Under the pieces are notes generated by a model, which searched no databases, had not been told where the DNA came from, and worked only from the letters and a program-made list of their open reading frames with translations. A stretch of DNA of 64,000 nucleotides from Octopus vulgaris (taxonomy: Eukaryota): positions 30,442,001-30,506,000 of the forward strand of contig OX597833.1 of NCBI GenBank assembly GCA_951406725.2, read 5' to 3'. A program made the translations under genes and the position numbers. Below, piece after piece: positions 62,046-64,000 of the stretch; position 1 is the stretch's first letter, and the number at the start of each line of letters is the position of its first letter.

Positions 62046-63097
62046 TCATCATCATTTAATGTCCGCTTTCCATGCTGGCATGGGTTGGATGGTTTGACTG
62101 AGGACTGGTGAGCCAGAGGCTGCACCAGGCTCAATCTAATCTGGCAAAGTTTCTACAGCTGGATGCCCTTCCTAATGCCAACCACTCCGAGAGCGTAGTG
62201 CGTGCTTTTTATGTGCCACCAGCACGAGGGCCAGTCAGGCGGTTCTGGCAAAAACCACGCTCAAAAGGTTTTTTTTACATGCTACCTTCATGGGAGCTAG
62301 TCCGGTGGCATTGGCAACGACCATGCTTGAATGTTGTTTTTTACATGCCACCGGCAATGATCACGCTCGAGTAGTGCTTTTCATGTGTCACCGGCACAGG
62401 AGCCAATCCATGGCCCTGGCAACGATCACACTCAGATATGCTTCTTTTAACATTCCACTGGCGTGAGTGCCAATTAGGCGGTACTGTCATTGGCCACGTC
62501 AGCAATTTTGATTTGTTTACACTTGCCTCAATAGGTCTTCGCAAGCAAAGTTCATTGTCCAATGAATGAAGGGTACTCATAAGTGGGCTGGTTACATCCC
62601 ACGTTCGGATGTGCTTTTAACATTCCACTGGCATGAGTACCAATCAGGTGGTACTGTTGTCAGCAATTTTGATTTTGATTTTGATTTCACTTCCCTCAAA
62701 ATGTCTTCACAAGCAAGGTTTATTGTCCAATGAATGAGGGGTATTCATAAATGGGCTGGTTACACCCACTGGCATAGGCCATGGGCTATGGTCTCACTTG
62801 GCTTGTCAGGTCTTCTCATGCACAGCATATCTCCAAAGGTCCCGGTCACTAGTCATTGTCTAGATAAGGCCCAATGTTCAGAAGTCGTGCTTCACCACCT
62901 CATCCCAAGTTTTCCTAGGTCTGCCTCTTCCACTGGTTCCCTCAACTGCTAGGGTGTGACACTTTTTCACACAGCTGTCCTCATTCATTCACAACACATG
63001 ACCATACCAGCACAGTTATCTCTCTTGCACACCACATCTGATGCTTCTTAAATCCAACTTTTCGCTCAGGGTGCTTACACTCTGTCATGTATGCACA
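62046..63097 (-). mobile_element. RTE 3' end (ORF end, repeat 3'UTR, tail) on the minus strand
   Basis: (cat)n ttaatgtccgctttccatgc tail; reverse complement encodes GRGRPRKTWDEVVKHD. Confidence 0.9.
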
Positions 63098-63529
63098 CTT
63101 CCAGGAAAGAAAGACAGTGGCTGAAGTTGTTACAACCAAATTTTATTCTCTATTAATTTTTCAGAATTCCAAACCACAACAAGTAGGCATACATGTAAAC
63201 AAACAGTATTCAAACCAGTTGATTTCTTGTGGTTTGGGTTGGTTTCGTGGGTTTCAGTTGGTCTGCTAGATATTGATGTGAAAAAGGGAAAGAATGAAAG
63301 TATGTGGCTGGAAATTCATAAAGTTGATAGGGTAAAACTTATATAGACCCTGTCATTCTCAGCAGTTGATAGAGTGAAGATGCTAGTAAGTCAGTGAGAG
63401 AGTCAGAGAGTAACTGATGGGACAGCTGTATTCATTTCTGCCAAATTGTAGTTGTCGCTGTTGTCATGTTTGGTTGCAGGAGTTAGGAACAGTTCACAGT
63501 GTGGTGGTCGAGGCTCTCTCTAATTTTCT

Positions 63530-63890
63530 GCTTGTGGAGCACTGGTACTTATAATGGCCCATTCCAGCTAGAAAGATGGATATACCATTATAAGAGTAGC
63601 CTATACACATTTAGGTCACTTGCTGTCGATTTGAACTTTCCCTGACACAGCAAGGTCGTGGGTCAAGTGGAAACATGTGAATGTTCGCTTTGACAGGACA
63701 AAGTGATCTTCCCGCTTGGTCAGCAAATAGCAGGTTGATTTCGCGACCAAGAATTCTTAGATTCGATTTCGAATAAGCAACTCCAGGTCTTTAGCATCAC
63801 TCGGGCTCATCACAGATTTCACATGACACATGCCTGCTCGAAGAATTTCATGTTTTTCCGTAATATTTCTAGCCCCAAATGGCTATTTTT
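63530..63890 (-). mobile_element. Possible L1/Tx1 ORF1 (gag-like) remnant
   Basis: Frameshifted RILGREINL...NIHMFPLD...NGISI..GHYKYQC (zinc-knuckle half). Confidence 0.35.
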
Positions 63891-64000
63891 TATATCTAAC
63901 ACTATATCTTCCTCCATTTCTAAGTTAAGGGTAAAAATAAAACAAAACACAACTGACCTTTACACACAGACGCACAGCAATCAAATAATGACAGGAGTGC

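Overview
AT-rich, repeat-dense eukaryotic (animal) genomic DNA. The SINE, RTE and Penelope repeat content and the microsatellite load suggest an octopus/coleoid cephalopod (inference). One host gene is supported: a + strand multi-exon C2H2 zinc-finger transcription factor. Its four phase-compatible coding exons (32252-33125, 42224-42428, 51147-51355, 53452-54143) encode 8 fingers in about 650-670 aa, and a 27-nt first coding exon may lie at 24083-24109. Most of the rest is transposon-derived. It includes many RTE LINE copies (a young, nearly intact one at 25311-28672 has a PHD-type finger inside its RT), several Penelope-like elements, and CRE, L1/Tx1 and CR1/Jockey-like LINE remnants. There are also an LTR/gag remnant, Tc1/mariner, piggyBac, MULE and Merlin-like DNA elements, and tRNA-derived SINEs. 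The most notable signals are minimal hammerhead ribozymes in Penelope termini (including a 69-bp ribozyme-only insertion inside (TA)n) and an unusually large number of local inverted duplications. Coordinates of degraded repeats are approximate, and no database searches were run.
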